Assembly (NCBI GenBank): GCA_965247115.1
Contig: CBDFGR010000002.1
Location: forward strand, 288,001-352,000
Direction: 5' to 3'
Origin: Myxococcota bacterium
Lineage (GTDB): Bacteria; Myxococcota_A; UBA9160; SZUA-336
DNA length: 64,000 nt
Shown: positions 38,892 to 49,054 of the stretch, one piece after another
Layout: each line of letters opens with the position of its first letter
Numbering within the stretch: position 1 is the stretch's first letter
Made by a program: the position numbers and the translations under genes
Notes under the pieces: generated by a model
Databases searched by the model: none
What the model saw: only the letters and a program-made list of their open reading frames with translations
What the model was told of the DNA's origin: nothing

Positions 38892-40139
38892 TCAGTATTT
38901 GATCAGCTCGTCTACGACCGGCTTTACCTCTTTCATGAACACTTCCATGTTGTGGATGATGCTCTCTTTGGGTTGCTGGGCGAAGTGGGTGACCCACATC
39001 ATGTACTCAGCGGGGAGCACCTTCCACTGCTCGATGAACTGTTCGCACATCTGATCCACTGTTCCAGAGATCCAGAGCCCGGTGTCTAGGATCGGATCGA
39101 TCAGTTCCTGCGGCGTGGCGTCGAGCGGAGCGAGCTTCTCGCCCTCTACATTCGAGCGGCCCAGGGCATCGAAGAAGGGGCCGTAGAAGTGCTTGAAGAT
39201 ATCCGCGTTGTGAGCCGCGACGTTGGCCCGCGCCTCTTCGGGCGTGTTGCCGTGCTCGAGCCAACGGACCACCATCTGGTTTTGCCCCAGCGCGAATTCG
39301 CGGCCCGCACTGCGTGCTACATCCACGTAGGTCTGCCCGTGAGCGCGAGCTCGATCAATCGGCGTGAAGTAGCCGGGGATGAAACCGTTGCGCGCCGCGA
39401 ACTCGACCGTCTCGATACTGGCGTTGCTGGCGACAAATACCGGAGGGTGAGGCTTCGTGTACGGAGCGGGAACGACGCTGATACGGTGCACATTGCCGTC
39501 GGGACCGATCTCGCCGGGCGCCCCCAGAAGCGCGGTCGAATCGACCATGGGCCAGCCGGGGATGCCCTGGTCGTGAGGGAACGGGATCTGCCAGCGATCG
39601 CTCTTGTGCTCGATGCTCTCCTGGGTCCAGGCGTCCAAGACCATCTGGACGCTCTCTTCGAAGATCTCGCGATTGATCCGGTCCGCTTCGTCCTTGCCGG
39701 AAAGCGTGGCGCGGTTGCCGATGTGCTGACCCAGTACTTCGGTCCAGCGGCTCTGGTAGCCGCGGGCAAAGCCGACGAAGTGGCGACCTCCGCTCATGTG
39801 ATCCAGCAGCGCGGTTTCTTCCGCGACGCGCAGCGGGCTCTGGGCGCTCATCACGTAGCCCAGCGCGCCCACGTTGATGTTCTTGGTCAGCGCCGCCCAA
39901 CGGGCATTCATCACGCCCGGGTTGGGTCCCACCTCGTAACCCTCGGAGTGGAAGTGGTGCTCGATGCTCGATACGCCCCAGAGACCGAGCTTGTCGGCAG
40001 CGATCACCACATCGTCTAGGTCGCGCATCGCCTTCTGAAAGCGTTCGGAGTTGCGCCCAATCGGTCGCAGGGCAATACGCTCCTCTTCGTTCTCCGCGGG
40101 CATCATCGGGTAGATCTGCAGGATTACTTTGAGACCCAT
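38892..40139 (-). CDS. LLM-class flavin-dependent monooxygenase
   Basis: IEHHFHSEG, PLRVAEE, LDHMSGGR, GFARGYQ, PYTKPHPP. Confidence 0.9.
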   Translation of the reverse strand: MGLKVILQIYPMMPAENEEERIALRPIGRNSERFQKAMRDLDDVVIAADKLGLWGVSSIEHHFHSEGYEVGPNPGVMNARWAALTKNINVGALGYVMSAQSPLRVAEETALLDHMSGGRHFVGFARGYQSRWTEVLGQHIGNRATLSGKDEADRINREIFEESVQMVLDAWTQESIEHKSDRWQIPFPHDQGIPGWPMVDSTALLGAPGEIGPDGNVHRISVVPAPYTKPHPPVFVASNASIETVEFAARNGFIPGYFTPIDRARAHGQTYVDVARSAGREFALGQNQMVVRWLEHGNTPEEARANVAAHNADIFKHFYGPFFDALGRSNVEGEKLAPLDATPQELIDPILDTGLWISGTVDQMCEQFIEQWKVLPAEYMMWVTHFAQQPKESIIHNMEVFMKEVKPVVDELIKY

Positions 40140-40201
40140 CGCACGAACCTCCTTTGCGGCGTCCAATCTTCCTCCCTCTGGCCATGGAGGTCAAATCGGT
40201 G

Positions 40202-40215
40202 TCAGGTCAGAACGC
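40202..40215 (+). repeat. 14-bp direct repeat TCAGGTCAGAACGC, copy 2
   Basis: Identical to 33437..33450; preceded by AAATCGGTG. Confidence 0.6.
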
Positions 40216-40237
40216 AGCTTGTCTTTCCTATACCCTC

Positions 40238-42487
40238 TCAGAACGGCGTCGGATCTACGAATCGCCTGAGAACGTTGTCGGTGATTCGCGAAACGTTGTT
40301 CTCGTAGTCGTTGTGCGAGAGGCTTCCGGCCCAGGCAATCGAGCTCGCGGAGAACACCGCTCCACCGCCCGGAATCTCGTAGAACACCATGTCGGCGCGA
40401 ACCAGCTCGCTCTGAGAGCCGCTGATGGCAGGGGAGTTGATGAGGATCTCGTCGCAGACGACAAGATAGGTGTCGGTGTGGCCCTCCGAGGAGGCCAGGA
40501 CCAGCGCATTGGCCGGCGTTCCGAGCAGCCGATCCGCCCGGTCGAGCTCGAGCCCGGCCGCGCCGCCACCGACGAGTCCGAAGTCGCCGATCCGCTTGTC
40601 GTCCCCAACCCCTTCGAAGATCCAGCTCGCCCGCGGATCGAAGCTGTCGGGCTTGCGGACGTAGTACGAGGAGATGTCGAAGCCCTGGGCGGAGAAGCCG
40701 GTACCCGCAATCATCTGCGGCGGCAAGCCCTGGCGCCGCCACAAGCCGCCGTACTCCCCAGTGAAGCTGTGGTAGTACTCCCCGGGCTCGGCCGCCCAGG
40801 CGCGGATGCCGTCCTCGGCCCGGCGCACCTCGATGACGCCCGGCTTGTCGGGGTGGTATGCGATCCGCCAGTACCACCCGTTGGCGCCGAGGTACATCAG
40901 CCGTCCGCCGCGCTTCTCGTATGTGGCGAGCGCATCCCACATCGGCGTCGACCAGTACTCCGGATGGGTGCCGGTCAGGACCACGCGATAGGGGGCGAGC
41001 ACATCGAGACCTTCGTAGTGCAGATCCTCGTCGGTGACGACATCGTAGCTGTGCCCCTTGGCCTCGAGCCAGTCGGTGATGTGGGTGTCGGCGTTGAACT
41101 GCCACAGAGCGGAGCCAGCGCCACCGAGCCACATTGTGTACTTCGGGCGCATGTTGAGGATCGGGCGCAGGCGCGACGAGTAGCACACGCCGCTGCCGTC
41201 TGAGTGCGTGTCGTAGTTCGATGCGCCGTACTCGCGGTGCTCGTTGAGGAACACGTCTTCGGGCGAGAACGTGGCGATCCGGCCGCTGAGTAGCTGGGCG
41301 AGCGGCGCGTCCGTCGCCATATGCTCGTTCGCGTAGGCCATGTAGCTCGCGGTCGGCAGCAGGAACGCGATATCGGCGCTGGCGATCCCGCGCTTTGGGC
41401 GCACGCAGAAGGGTATGTAGTCCTCCGCGTCCCCGGACCGCAGCCGTGCTGCGTAGACACCGCTGCTCAGGCCCTGTGGAATCGTCCATTCGAAGTCGAC
41501 GTCCCAGCCGGCGTCGTAGAGGTCGTCGTCGTGAAAGTGGATGGCGCCGTACTGCTCGGGCGCATGCCGCCACGACATCTCCTCACCCGTCCAGTTGTGA
41601 CCCTTCATCCCGCGGGCGGGCAGGTTGATGGTCTCGCCGTGCGACCCGCTCCCCGAGATGTCCGTCACCGTCTCCGAGGAGATATCGCAGGAGAAGTCCC
41701 ACGCCGCCGCCATTGCGCTCTGCAATGCGCTCGGCACCGGTCCCTGCTTGAGCGCCTCGATCTCGACGCGACTCAGGACCCGGTTCGCCAGGCGCGGGCT
41801 GTCGAGCTTGCCATTGAAGTGTCCGCCGCACACGACGCGCCCCTCGACGGTAGCCTCGTAGTGGGCGGCCATGATCAGCGGCGCGTCGTTCTTGGCGACC
41901 GCCTGGAGCGACGACTCCTTGTGGACGGTCGCGGTGGAGTCGATCGTGGCGTATTCCACGAGCGGCTCCTGATAGAGGCAGACCTCCCTGCTCGTCGCAT
42001 CGTAGCTCGCCGCGACCACGTACCACTCGCGCGCGACGAGTGCTTTCCCACTGCTGATGGACTCCGTCTTCCCCGACCCATCGCCCAGCAACAGGGCCGC
42101 CGCCCCCAGCTCGTCGATGATCAAGGCGAAGCCGCGCTGGGAGCTCTCCGACCACTTGCCGATCAACGACTGCCGCCCCTTCTCGGGCGTGGTCGGCCAG
42201 ACCATCGACTGCAGCGTGAAGCTCGACAGCGCTCCAAGGACGGGGCTGTCCGGCACGAGCACGTGGGATCCCGAGTAGACCTCCTGCTTTCTCCCCCGGT
42301 GCTCGTCGCCCCCCACCCCAGCGATCACCTTCTCCTTGAGTCCGGGACCCTCAGGGTTGAGATCCCCGTGAATGATCCGCACGAGGTCGGCCTGGTAAGA
42401 CGTCGGCCCGTCACAGCTCACCATGAACCGTATCGTGTCATCGGGAGCTGCGCTGATCTTGTCGCTGTAGCCGACAATCTTCTTCAT
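40238..42487 (-). CDS. dmfA2: N,N-dimethylformamidase large (beta) subunit family
   Basis: GYSDK, HFHDDDL, SGVYAARL, PTASYMAYAN, SNYDTHSDGSG, RPILNMRP, HPEYWS, YLGANGWYW, SRITDNVL; SD-like GGCGG; start 42487. Confidence 0.9.
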   Translation of the reverse strand: MKKIVGYSDKISAAPDDTIRFMVSCDGPTSYQADLVRIIHGDLNPEGPGLKEKVIAGVGGDEHRGRKQEVYSGSHVLVPDSPVLGALSSFTLQSMVWPTTPEKGRQSLIGKWSESSQRGFALIIDELGAAALLLGDGSGKTESISSGKALVAREWYVVAASYDATSREVCLYQEPLVEYATIDSTATVHKESSLQAVAKNDAPLIMAAHYEATVEGRVVCGGHFNGKLDSPRLANRVLSRVEIEALKQGPVPSALQSAMAAAWDFSCDISSETVTDISGSGSHGETINLPARGMKGHNWTGEEMSWRHAPEQYGAIHFHDDDLYDAGWDVDFEWTIPQGLSSGVYAARLRSGDAEDYIPFCVRPKRGIASADIAFLLPTASYMAYANEHMATDAPLAQLLSGRIATFSPEDVFLNEHREYGASNYDTHSDGSGVCYSSRLRPILNMRPKYTMWLGGAGSALWQFNADTHITDWLEAKGHSYDVVTDEDLHYEGLDVLAPYRVVLTGTHPEYWSTPMWDALATYEKRGGRLMYLGANGWYWRIAYHPDKPGVIEVRRAEDGIRAWAAEPGEYYHSFTGEYGGLWRRQGLPPQMIAGTGFSAQGFDISSYYVRKPDSFDPRASWIFEGVGDDKRIGDFGLVGGGAAGLELDRADRLLGTPANALVLASSEGHTDTYLVVCDEILINSPAISGSQSELVRADMVFYEIPGGGAVFSASSIAWAGSLSHNDYENNVSRITDNVLRRFVDPTPF

Positions 42488-42510
42488 GCGTCGAACCTGA
42501 ACCGCCGCCC

Positions 42511-42813
42511 TTAATCGGCCAGCTCTTGGCCGGTGTGCTTCTTCCAGCGCAGCTTGAACACGTGCCGTTCCGCATCGTCGATCGAGCTGAACACCTGATC
42601 TTCGAGTAGCCTGATCGGTTGGCCCCGCTGCCCGGTCAGCTGGCCAAGAACCCACTCTTCGTGTGGCTTTCTGCAGATCAGCACGTACTTGTCCTGCATG
42701 GGTTCGCCTCGAAACACGTTGAGCACCTTCTGAAGAGCCGGGCTGTGATGACCGATGGGCTTCGCCCGGAACTCGTCCGCCAGGGGCCTGTCGCTGGAGC
42801 TGACCTTGTACAC
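42511..42813 (-). CDS. dmfA1: N,N-dimethylformamidase small (alpha) subunit-like protein
   Basis: EFRAKPIGHHSPALQKVLNVFR...KYVL...AERHVFKLRW; adjacent to the large subunit. Start 42813 (GTG) or 42849. Confidence 0.75.
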   Translation of the reverse strand: MYKVSSSDRPLADEFRAKPIGHHSPALQKVLNVFRGEPMQDKYVLICRKPHEEWVLGQLTGQRGQPIRLLEDQVFSSIDDAERHVFKLRWKKHTGQELAD

Positions 42814-42954
42814 CGCTCCGATCTCTCCCTTGTCTACTCCGAGTAGCATCTCACTCTCTCGGGCGATCGCCAAGCGCAGACTTTGGGCTCAGGCTCCAAG
42901 ATGGTGTCTCCAAACAGGAATTCGTCACGTAGGCTATGCGCCGCGAGGCGGCGA

Positions 42955-44106
42955 TCAGCCCGGGCTGTCGAACAGCGCTCTGGAGATCACGATGTTCTGC
43001 ACCTCCGTCGTACCGTCGACGTAGTGCGCCATCTTGGCACCCGCCAGATGCCGGGCGAGTGGCTGGTCGTGGCGAAAGCCGTTGGCGCCGAGCGCCTGCA
43101 TGCACTGCGCGAGCCCGTCCATCGCTACCCGCGCCGCGAACTTCTTTGCATGCGCAGTGCGCACGATGGCATCCGGGGCGCCCGTATCGAGCGCCGCGGA
43201 AGCGGCTTGGGTCAGCCCGTTGGCCGCCTCGATGTCCGTGGCGACATCGGCCAGCAGCCAGCGCAATCCCTGGCGGTCGGAGAGGGGTGCGCCGAAGGCT
43301 TTGCGATTCTTTACGTAGCGGACCGCCGTTTCGAGACCCCGCCGAAGAAGGCCGACGCACATTGCGGCGACCACAACCCGGGCCAACCCAATTGCGTCCA
43401 TGGCTCTGCGGAACGCCTCACCGGGTGGGCTGAAGAGCTGACTCGCTTCGAGCTCGACGTTGTGAAACCGGAAGCCGCCGGTCCCGGAAGCGTGCGCGCC
43501 GAGCATCTCATAGGCCTCTTCTCGCACCACGCCGGGCTGGTCGGCGCGGACGAGGAACGCGCCGATCCCGCGGGAGCCCGAGCCCGGCTCGGTCTGCGCG
43601 TAGACCCGGAGCACGTTCGCCTCGGTCGCGTTCGTGACCCACGTCTTTTCGCCGTTGAGTAGCCACGAGTCCCCGTGTGCGATCGCGGTGGTGCTGAGCG
43701 CGGAGGCATCGCTACCCGCTCCGGGCTCCGTCAACAGGAAGGCGCCGAGCACGGACCCGTCCAGCAGCGCGTCCAGGTAGCGTGCGCGATCGTATTCAGA
43801 GCCCTCCCTCGCGATCGCGCCGGCGAGGTTGTTGTGGGGGACGAGCGCGAATGCGAACGCCATGTCGGCGTAGGCGAGGTGCTCCAAGACCTTGGCCATC
43901 TCTGAGACCGTCAGCTGGGCACCGCCCAAGTGAGCGGGAACGAGGAGCCCGCACAGCCCTCGTGCCGCGGCAGCGGTGAAGGTCTCACGCGGCAAGCGGC
44001 GCTCGCGCTCCCAAGCCGCTGCGTTGGGGTCGATCTGCTCTACCGCGAATTCGCGAGCGATCGTGATCATCTCGGCCACTGTAGAGCGCTCGCCTGTGGT
44101 TTCCAT
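42955..44106 (-). CDS. Acyl-CoA dehydrogenase
   Basis: LTEPGAGSDA, LNGEKTWVTN, RKAFG, DGTTEVQ. Confidence 0.93.
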   Translation of the reverse strand: METTGERSTVAEMITIAREFAVEQIDPNAAAWERERRLPRETFTAAAARGLCGLLVPAHLGGAQLTVSEMAKVLEHLAYADMAFAFALVPHNNLAGAIAREGSEYDRARYLDALLDGSVLGAFLLTEPGAGSDASALSTTAIAHGDSWLLNGEKTWVTNATEANVLRVYAQTEPGSGSRGIGAFLVRADQPGVVREEAYEMLGAHASGTGGFRFHNVELEASQLFSPPGEAFRRAMDAIGLARVVVAAMCVGLLRRGLETAVRYVKNRKAFGAPLSDRQGLRWLLADVATDIEAANGLTQAASAALDTGAPDAIVRTAHAKKFAARVAMDGLAQCMQALGANGFRHDQPLARHLAGAKMAHYVDGTTEVQNIVISRALFDSPG

Positions 44107-44324
44107 CCCGGTCCCCCAGATATTGACGTTCCCTGAGTTATACCACTGCTCGTTTGGTGGCCTCGGCCATGGTGGGTCGAGCGCGGCCGGGCCCGCGGGG
44201 ACCCCGAGGCAAGTCTGCCGCGATTCGCGAAAGGGCTGTCCTGGTCAATTCCGACATGACTGCGCGATCGGAACTCTTGTAGGATGGACGCGTAACTGTC
44301 TGTTGAGTCTTTCGAGGAGGCCAG

Positions 44325-44870
44325 ATGAAGGGAGTAAGAATCGCTCTCCAGGTATTGGGAATACTCATACTGATTCCCGCGGTCGCGATAGCAACCTTGA
44401 GATTCGACAATCTCAACGCCGACGGTCCATCGATCCTGTTTCCCGGCGGCGAGCTGGTGTCCGGCGAGCTCTATACCGGCCCGGAGCCGGACTGGAGTTT
44501 CACCGACGACGTGCAAATCGTCGAATTACAGCTCGTCGATCCGCTCAGCTCGCGTCGTATTTTCATCATGGAAAGCGACGGTAAGGTCTACATACCCTCC
44601 GGATACATGCGGTCGATGCTTGGCAGAATCTGGAAGGACTGGGCGTTCCAGGCTGACGAGGGAGACGGCCTGGCCGTTGTACGCATCAACGGCATGCGCT
44701 ACGAGCGACGGCTGCTGCGGATCAAGGAAGGCCCCGTGCTCGACGGAATTGCCGCGAAGTTGGCAACGAAGTATGGCGGGGGAGCGACACCGGAAGCCAT
44801 TCAAGCCGGGCGGGCGTCAGTCGAAGCCGGCGATACCTGGATTTTCGAGATGGCCCCGAAAGGTGGATGA
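44325..44870 (+). CDS. Membrane-anchored hypothetical protein
   Basis: SD GAGGAGG, N-terminal TM, DGPSILFPGGEL, ATKYG; coding-like composition. Confidence 0.7.
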   Translation: MKGVRIALQVLGILILIPAVAIATLRFDNLNADGPSILFPGGELVSGELYTGPEPDWSFTDDVQIVELQLVDPLSSRRIFIMESDGKVYIPSGYMRSMLGRIWKDWAFQADEGDGLAVVRINGMRYERRLLRIKEGPVLDGIAAKLATKYGGGATPEAIQAGRASVEAGDTWIFEMAPKGG

Positions 44871-44874
44871 TTCG

Positions 44875-45009
44875 ATGAAGATCCAGAACTACTTGATAAC
44901 CTGTGCTGCCATATCGGTGGCGGTCTCGCTGACGATCTTGTACGTCCCGGGGGTTTCGGAAACCGTTGAGGGCACAATGCTCGCGTTCCTCGCGGCTAAC
45001 GCCCGCTAA
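44875..45009 (+). CDS. Small single-TM protein (44 aa)
   Basis: MKIQNYLITCAAISVAVSLTILYVPGV...; starts 4 nt after the upstream stop. Confidence 0.5.
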   Translation: MKIQNYLITCAAISVAVSLTILYVPGVSETVEGTMLAFLAANAR

Positions 45010-45093
45010 CGAACTCGAAGCTGTAGCATAACGCGGAGGCCCCACCGCGGGCTCCCCGCCGGGCAATTCTGCAGATAAAGGTTGGAAGCGCGA

Positions 45094-47154
45094 ATGAGCT
45101 ATCGCCTGGGCGTCGACGTCGGCGGCACGTTTACCGACCTCTTGCTTGTCAACGAGTCGGACGGCTCCACGTACATGGCGAAGGTCCCGTCCACGCCGGA
45201 GGATTCGTCGCAAGGCGTCTTGCACGGGATCACCGTGATCTGCGAACGGGCCGGCATCGACGCGCAGCGGATCTCGCATGTGATGCACGGCACGACCGTG
45301 GCTACGAACGCGATCCTGACCGGGAGCGGCGCGCGCGTGGGTCTGGTGACGACGCAGGGCTACCGTCAGATCCTGCAGATCGCGCGCTCCTTCGTACCAG
45401 GAGGCCTCGGCGGCTGGGTCATCTACCAGCGGGCCGATCCGATGGCGCCGCTCGAGCTCACGGTGGAAGCACGAGAGCGTGTCGGCGCGGATGGGCGCGT
45501 GGTGGAGCCGCTTGACGAGGCGCAACTGCGCAGGTCGCTCGGGGAGCTGCGCGCGCGTGGCATCGAGGCGCTGACGGTCTCGCTGATCAACTCGTACGCG
45601 AACGATCTTCACGAGCGGCGGATCGGTGAGATCGCGAACGAGGAGCTGCCAGGCGTGCCCGTCTCGCTCTCCTCCGAAGTCATCCCCGAGATGCAGGAGT
45701 ACGAGCGAACGCTCACGACTGTGGCGAACTCGTACGTGCGACCCGTCGTGGAGAGCTATATCCGGAAGCTGCGCGCAGAGCTCAGCACGCGCATGCACGA
45801 CGTGCAGCTTCACATGCTGCGCTCGGACGGGGGACTGGCCTCGGCCGAAGCGGCCCAGCAGTACCCCGTGAACCTCCTCATGAGCGGTCCCGCGGGAGGA
45901 GTAGCTGGCGCGATCTGGGGCGCGCAACAGGCGGGCTTCCAGAACCTACTCACGTTCGACATGGGCGGGACGTCTACAGATGTCTGCCTCGTGCAGGAGG
46001 GTCGGGCGCAGCTGCGCCGCGAGACCAGCGTCGGCGACTTCACCGTGCGGGCTTCGTCAGTCGATGTGCGCACGGTAGGCGCCGGTGGCGGCTCGATCGC
46101 GCACGTGCCGGAGCTCACCCGTGCACTACGGGTGGGTCCCGAGAGCGCGGGCGCGGACCCCGGGCCGGCTGCATACGGGCATGGCGGCGAAGCACCGACG
46201 GTGACGGACGCGAACCTGGTCCTCGGCTACCTGCCAGCGTCGGCGCGGCTCGGCGGCGAGATGCGACTCGAGCGGGAGCTCGCGGAGCGCGCCCTCCGTC
46301 CCCTGGCGGAAGCCCTGGACCTCTCGCTCGAGCGCACTGCGGCAGGCATCGTGGACATTGTGAACGAGAACATGTGCGGAGCCCTGCGTCTCGTTTCCGT
46401 GGAGCAGGGGCACGACCCGCGCGAGTTCGCGCTGATCGCCTTCGGCGGCGCCGGTCCCATGCACGCGAACGCACTCGGCAAGCTGCTGCAGGCCTGGCCG
46501 GTGATCGTGCCCCCTGGCCCCGGAGTGCTCTGCGCTTACGGCGACGCGACCACGCGCCTGCGCGACGAGGCGTCGCGCAGCCTCATCCGGCGCTTCTCCG
46601 AGACCAGCTCCGACGAGGTGGTCGCGATCCTGGAAGAGCTGGCTGCAGACGCCGCCGGGGCGCTCGATGCGGAGAACGTGCCCGAGCCCGAGCAGACGCT
46701 CCAGTTCCAGGTCGACGTGCGCTACCACGGCCAGGGGCTCCTGCTCACAGTCGACCTCGAGCTCGACGCGCTCAAGAACCGCGGCCTGGATGCCGTCGGT
46801 GAGCGCTTCGACGCGATGCACGAGCAGCTGTTCACCTTCGCGCTCGACGCCGACAAGGAGCTCGTGAACCTGCGAGCCGTCGCGCAGGGTCAGGCGCCGG
46901 CCGTCGCGGCACCCGAGCTCGAGCGCGGGAGCGAGGATCCCGCCGCGGCGCGAACCGGAGCCGAGAGAGTCTTCGTGGACGGGAAGCACCGGGACGCGAA
47001 CGTCTATGCGCGGAGCCTGCTGCGCGCAGGCAACCTCCTGTCGGGCCCCGCGATCGTGACCGAGATGGACTCCACAACGCTCATCCTGCCCGATCACGTG
47101 GGGCAGGTGGATGCAAACGCGAACATCCTGATCCGCCCCGACGAGCGGAGCTGA
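45094..47154 (+). CDS. Hydantoinase/oxoprolinase A (ATP-binding) subunit
   Basis: GVDVGGTFTD, HGTTVATN, SGPAGG, DMGGTSTD, GAGGGS, GPESAGADPGP, FGGAGP. Confidence 0.95.
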   Translation: MSYRLGVDVGGTFTDLLLVNESDGSTYMAKVPSTPEDSSQGVLHGITVICERAGIDAQRISHVMHGTTVATNAILTGSGARVGLVTTQGYRQILQIARSFVPGGLGGWVIYQRADPMAPLELTVEARERVGADGRVVEPLDEAQLRRSLGELRARGIEALTVSLINSYANDLHERRIGEIANEELPGVPVSLSSEVIPEMQEYERTLTTVANSYVRPVVESYIRKLRAELSTRMHDVQLHMLRSDGGLASAEAAQQYPVNLLMSGPAGGVAGAIWGAQQAGFQNLLTFDMGGTSTDVCLVQEGRAQLRRETSVGDFTVRASSVDVRTVGAGGGSIAHVPELTRALRVGPESAGADPGPAAYGHGGEAPTVTDANLVLGYLPASARLGGEMRLERELAERALRPLAEALDLSLERTAAGIVDIVNENMCGALRLVSVEQGHDPREFALIAFGGAGPMHANALGKLLQAWPVIVPPGPGVLCAYGDATTRLRDEASRSLIRRFSETSSDEVVAILEELAADAAGALDAENVPEPEQTLQFQVDVRYHGQGLLLTVDLELDALKNRGLDAVGERFDAMHEQLFTFALDADKELVNLRAVAQGQAPAVAAPELERGSEDPAAARTGAERVFVDGKHRDANVYARSLLRAGNLLSGPAIVTEMDSTTLILPDHVGQVDANANILIRPDERS

Positions 47155-47161
47155 GGTCGTC

Positions 47162-49054
47162 ATGCCCGCAGAGATCATCGAGACCAACCCCGAGGCGTTC
47201 CAAACGGTCGACGTTGACCCGATCACGCTCGACATCATTGAGAACGCTCTGCGAAACGCGCGCTTCGAGATGGACGCCGTGCTCTTCCGCACCGCGATGT
47301 CGCCGGGAATTCGCGAGCAGCACGACGAGTTCCCGATGATCGCGAACCGCGATGGAAAGATGGTCGTGGGCCAGTTCGGCTCCTTCATCCACGGCTTCCT
47401 GAGCGCCTATGACGGCAGCATCGAGGACGGGGACGTATTCCTGACCTCCGATCCGTACAGCTGCCACGGAGCTGTGAGCCACGCGAACGACTGGCTGGTG
47501 CTGATGCCGATCTACGCGAACGGCCGCGTAATCAGCTGGGCGGCAATGTTCGGCCACATGACGGACATCGGTGGAAAGGTGCCGGGCAGCCTGCCGACGG
47601 ACGCCCGGCAGATCTTCGAAGAGGGGATCGTCATCCCCCCGATCAAGATCTACAAGCGTGGCGAGCTGCAGAAGGACGTGCTCGAGCTGATCCTGCACAA
47701 CTGCCGGCTGCCACACTGGAACCGCAGCGACTTCAACGCGATCGTGGCGGCCTGCCGGAGCGCGCGCCGACGCGTGCTCGAGGCCGTCGAGCGTTTCGGC
47801 GAGGACACGTATCACAACGCGCTGGAAGAGCTACTCGAGCGAAACCGCCGCGCCATGCGCCAGCTCATCATGGAGACGATCAGGGAGGAGAAGCAGTACT
47901 TCGAGGACTACATCTGCGACGACGGCCTCGGCATGGGCCCGTACAAGATCGCGTGCACCATGTGGCGCGAGGGCGAGCGGGCGATCTTCGACTTCGAGGG
48001 TACGGACCCGCAGTCCATCGGACCGGTGAACCTCTACCTGAACGAGGAGATGTTCAAGATGTTCTGCGGCGTCTTCATGATCATGGTCTTCGACCCACAG
48101 ATCCTCTTCAACGACGGGTTCTACGACCTGATTGAGGTCAGGATCCCTGAGGGGACCTTGCTGAAGCCGCGTCGACCGGCCGCGCTCTCCTGCCGAACCC
48201 ACGCGCTCGGCCGGATCTTTGACGTGCTTGGCGGCCTGCTTGGGCAGGGGAACCCGGAGTTCCTGTGCGCGGCCGGTTTCTCCGACAGCCCCCACTTCAT
48301 GTACTCGGGCTACGACAAGAATGGAGAGTGGTATCAGCTCTACCAGATCGGGTTCGGCGGCGTCCCCGGGCGACCGGTCGGAGATGGCCTGGACGGGCAC
48401 TCCCTCTGGCCGAACTTCACGAACGTTCCCAACGAGTTCCTCGAGAGCTACTTCCCGCTCCGGATCGATATGTACGAAACCCTCGCAGATAGCGGTGGTC
48501 CCGGGCTACACCGCGGCGGCAACGCCCTGCGAATCGGTTACCGCTTCCTCGAGCCGGGAGAGATCTCGATCCACGACGATCGCTGGCTCACGCACCCCTG
48601 GGGCGTGAACGGGGGCCTGCCCGGTGCGCGCAGCCGCAAGATTCTCGAGCGGAGTGACGGCACCCGGGAGATCCTTCCGTCCAAGTGCGATCGGATCGCC
48701 GTCCAGCCTGGAGATCTGCTGCGCTTCGAGACCTGGGGTGGTGGAGGCTGGGGCGACCCCTTCAAGCGCGATCCGGCCCTGGTCGCCAGGGACGTGGATC
48801 GCGGGCTCGTCACGTCCGAGGGCGCGCGTCGCTACGGTGTCGTGCTCGCCTCGGACGGCGCGGTCGACACGGCCTCGACGGACCGCCTTCGCAGCGAGCT
48901 GGCAAAGAAGCGCGGCGAGACGCAGCTCTTCGACTTCGGGGGCAGCCTGGAGGAGCTCAAGGCCCGCTGCCAGAGCGATACCAGTCTGATGCCCCCGCAG
49001 CAGCCTCGCTCCCAGACCTGGGTGAGGGCGGGCCGAGAGATCTCCGCCCGATGA
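47162..49054 (+). CDS. Hydantoinase B/oxoprolinase subunit
   Basis: DPITLDII, SDPY...SHAND, GHMTDIGG, DSGGPGLHRGG, TWGGGGWGDP. Confidence 0.95.
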   Translation: MPAEIIETNPEAFQTVDVDPITLDIIENALRNARFEMDAVLFRTAMSPGIREQHDEFPMIANRDGKMVVGQFGSFIHGFLSAYDGSIEDGDVFLTSDPYSCHGAVSHANDWLVLMPIYANGRVISWAAMFGHMTDIGGKVPGSLPTDARQIFEEGIVIPPIKIYKRGELQKDVLELILHNCRLPHWNRSDFNAIVAACRSARRRVLEAVERFGEDTYHNALEELLERNRRAMRQLIMETIREEKQYFEDYICDDGLGMGPYKIACTMWREGERAIFDFEGTDPQSIGPVNLYLNEEMFKMFCGVFMIMVFDPQILFNDGFYDLIEVRIPEGTLLKPRRPAALSCRTHALGRIFDVLGGLLGQGNPEFLCAAGFSDSPHFMYSGYDKNGEWYQLYQIGFGGVPGRPVGDGLDGHSLWPNFTNVPNEFLESYFPLRIDMYETLADSGGPGLHRGGNALRIGYRFLEPGEISIHDDRWLTHPWGVNGGLPGARSRKILERSDGTREILPSKCDRIAVQPGDLLRFETWGGGGWGDPFKRDPALVARDVDRGLVTSEGARRYGVVLASDGAVDTASTDRLRSELAKKRGETQLFDFGGSLEELKARCQSDTSLMPPQQPRSQTWVRAGREISAR

